Source of the DNA: Chloropicon primus
Taxonomy: Eukaryota
Assembly (NCBI GenBank): GCA_023205875.1
Contig: CP060754.1
Location: forward strand, 496,001 to 560,000
Direction: 5' to 3'
Length of the DNA: 64,000 nucleotides
Of the stretch, positions 62,059-64,000 are shown in pieces. The stretch's first letter is position 1; every line of letters starts with the position of its first letter. The notes under the pieces were generated by a model. It was not told where the DNA came from, searched no databases, and saw nothing but the letters and a program-made list of their open reading frames with translations. The translations under genes were made by a program, and so were the position numbers.

Positions 62059-62655
62059 ATGGCGATGATGGCGACGACGAGCATGATGATGACGATGGCG
62101 ACGACGAGCGCGAGCGGGGGGAAGGTCGGAGCGGGGCTGCCTTGCAGGGGTCTGGTGTCTACGCGGGCGAGGAGAACGCGCGGGGGCGGAAGGGTCGGAG
62201 AGGCCAAGGCTTCGGTCGGGGGAAGGGGGGTCGAGAGGGCGCTGAGGCTCTCCGGGAGGCAGAACGAGGGCTCCTTGTTGGTGTGCCGCGCCACCACGGA
62301 CGAGCCCGAAACTGAGCCCGAACAGGCGGAGTCCGGGGGCGAGAAAAGGAAGGTTCTGAAGAACGTGTTCTACGTCGCGGCCGCGATAGCTTTGCCCATC
62401 GTTGGCTGGTCGGAGGTGGTGACCGCGACGACGGGGGAGGGCTTGCAAGGAGCCTTTCTCGGGGCCCTCGAGGGCGTGTCCTACCTGGTTCTGCTCGGCG
62501 TGATCGGAAAGTCGATTGCGCTCAAGGTCAGGACGGGGACCGGGTTCCCCCCTGGGCCCTACGGCCTCCTGGGCGCGCTGGAGGGCCTCGCTTACCTGGA
62601 GCTGGTGGGCCTGATCGTCTCACAGATCCTCAAAGCCAAGGCTGGAGGTGTCTGA
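62059..62655 (+). CDS. Conserved plastid membrane protein with a duplicated GALEG.SYL motif
   Basis: Transit-peptide-like N-terminus; two repeats TG.G....G.LGALEG(V/L)(S/A)YL with TM helices, resembling a green-lineage unknown family. Confidence 0.75.
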   Translation: MAMMATTSMMMTMATTSASGGKVGAGLPCRGLVSTRARRTRGGGRVGEAKASVGGRGVERALRLSGRQNEGSLLVCRATTDEPETEPEQAESGGEKRKVLKNVFYVAAAIALPIVGWSEVVTATTGEGLQGAFLGALEGVSYLVLLGVIGKSIALKVRTGTGFPPGPYGLLGALEGLAYLELVGLIVSQILKAKAGGV

Positions 62656-62798
62656 GGAGTCGGGTTGCCTCGTTTTTCTTGACGTTGGCTTATTTTTCTC
62701 TCGAGAGACCGATCGTGTGTAATGCAGAATTGAATACTTGGTTTTGCCACGAAAGAAATGGTGGACTACATTACAGTCTTTGGCACGGGCGTCCTCGT

Positions 62799-64000
62799 TC
62801 AGGCTGCAGGCTGGGAGGCGAACCGCACGGTGGGCCTCGCGTTCATGAGAGGCTTCTCCACGAGCAAATCTGTCTCGGGCAAAGAGGGAGGGCGTCAAAG
62901 TCAGAGTCGCGCCAGCGCGTCCAAGAGCGAGAAGGGACTTACATGTGATGAGCGCCGAGAGAAAAGAGAAGAGAACGCAGACGGTGAAATCCCAGTTGAA
63001 GACGCTCCAACTGACCCAGATGCTCTTCAGGGGGCTGATCGCCCGGAAATCGTCCACTCCTTTGACAAAGGTAGTCCAGATCAGGTGGAGCAAGTAGGCG
63101 CCGTACGAGAGCACCGCGATTGGGTACCAGAAGCTCACCGACAGGATGGCGTTGAACGCACGGAGCCTTCCGCGGTTGCACATGAATATGAAATAGGCGA
63201 TGCCCCAGCCAAAGATCCACCTCCCGCCGAGGGCGAGGACTTGGGCCAGGGCCGGCGAGGTCTGGTACGTCAAGTAGTTCGTGCCCGCGCCCAAGAAGAG
63301 GAGGGACCCGAGCACAAGCAGGGTGAGGACGTCCAGGGTGCACAAGGCTGCCCTCGGGAGCCTGATCTCCACCTCCTCCCACTGCATGAGACTCACGGTC
63401 ACCCCGGAGACGTAGGGGCTGTACCTCGTCCACGTGGCCACGTAAGAAAGGGGAAGAATCCCGTTTCCGTCCACCTTCGTTTGGGGGATGAAGTGAAAGA
63501 GCTCCCCCTTCTGCGTGACGTAAAGCATGTAGGCGTTCGTCGCGATGTTGATGCCGGACAGGAAGAAGAGCGCGGCGTAGCAGAACCTTCTTGGCCTCCT
63601 GGCTTTGAAGGAGAACACGAGCCAGATGATCAGCGGCGAGACCAAGTACATTTGAACCTCCACCGCTACGCTCCAAGTCTGCACCAGGCACTGGAAGTCC
63701 CCCACGTAGTTGTTCACGAACAGGAGCATGGGCCAGACTTCGCCAAAGTCCGTGCATTTGTTCCCCGAGACAAAGTCGAACTGAGAAAAGTTTTTGCCCC
63801 CGTTGACCGCCAGGGAGATCTCGTTCGCCGCGATCGTGAGGACGATGGCCGTGACGAGCATCGGGAAGATCCTGAGCCACCTGCGGACGTAGAACGTGCA
63901 GAGCGAGGCGAGGGTCCCCCTGACGCCGCGCTGGAACCCCGCGACCATCTCCTTCAGCAGGATTCGCCCGATCAAGTACCCGGACAGGGTAAAGAACACG
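62799..64000 (-). CDS. Acyltransferase-3 family membrane protein (5' part outside the window)
   Basis: FFTLSGYLI, FYVRRWLRIFP, TWSVAVEVQMYL, LSYGAYLLHL. Intron 62942-62870 restores the C-terminal YLLVEKP motif; stop at 62799. Confidence 0.88.

Overview
Eukaryotic nuclear DNA, not prokaryotic. The window is GC-rich, very gene-dense (about 40 protein-coding genes in 64 kb) and intron-poor, with short GT-AG introns and TGTAA poly(A) signals. This points to a streamlined chlorophyte picoalga; a Chloropicon-like species is my inference, not a database result. Most genes are housekeeping: mL41, archease, gluconokinase, RPL6, MCM8, ALG8, a P450, YbeY-HAD, EFR3-like, SEC13, BMI1/DRIP-like, PSMA7, rhomboid, SMU1, CPSF30-YTH, HMG-CoA lyase, SDHAF1, MAD2, ICMT, RPT4, an AGC kinase, kinesin-13, NDUFV2, TRAPPC4, CoqF-like, HBS1, Pol epsilon and an acyltransferase-3. 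Three ciliary genes are present (CCDC113, IFT88, CEP164). I rebuilt several spliced or tiny genes by hand that the ORF track fragments or hides. I saw no rRNA, tRNA, CRISPR array or transposon. The best leads are: a candidate bicistronic SDHAF1-HMGCL locus; a PIGBOS1-like microprotein; a poly-ATG uORF whose stop overlaps the gluconokinase start; a nested-stem ~140-nt candidate ncRNA; a secreted cupredoxin-like + DUF305 protein; a Pol epsilon lacking most C-terminal Cys ligands; a CPSF30 with an eroded YTH cage; and a myosin-TH1/AGC kinase fusion. All family assignments come from motif recognition by eye.
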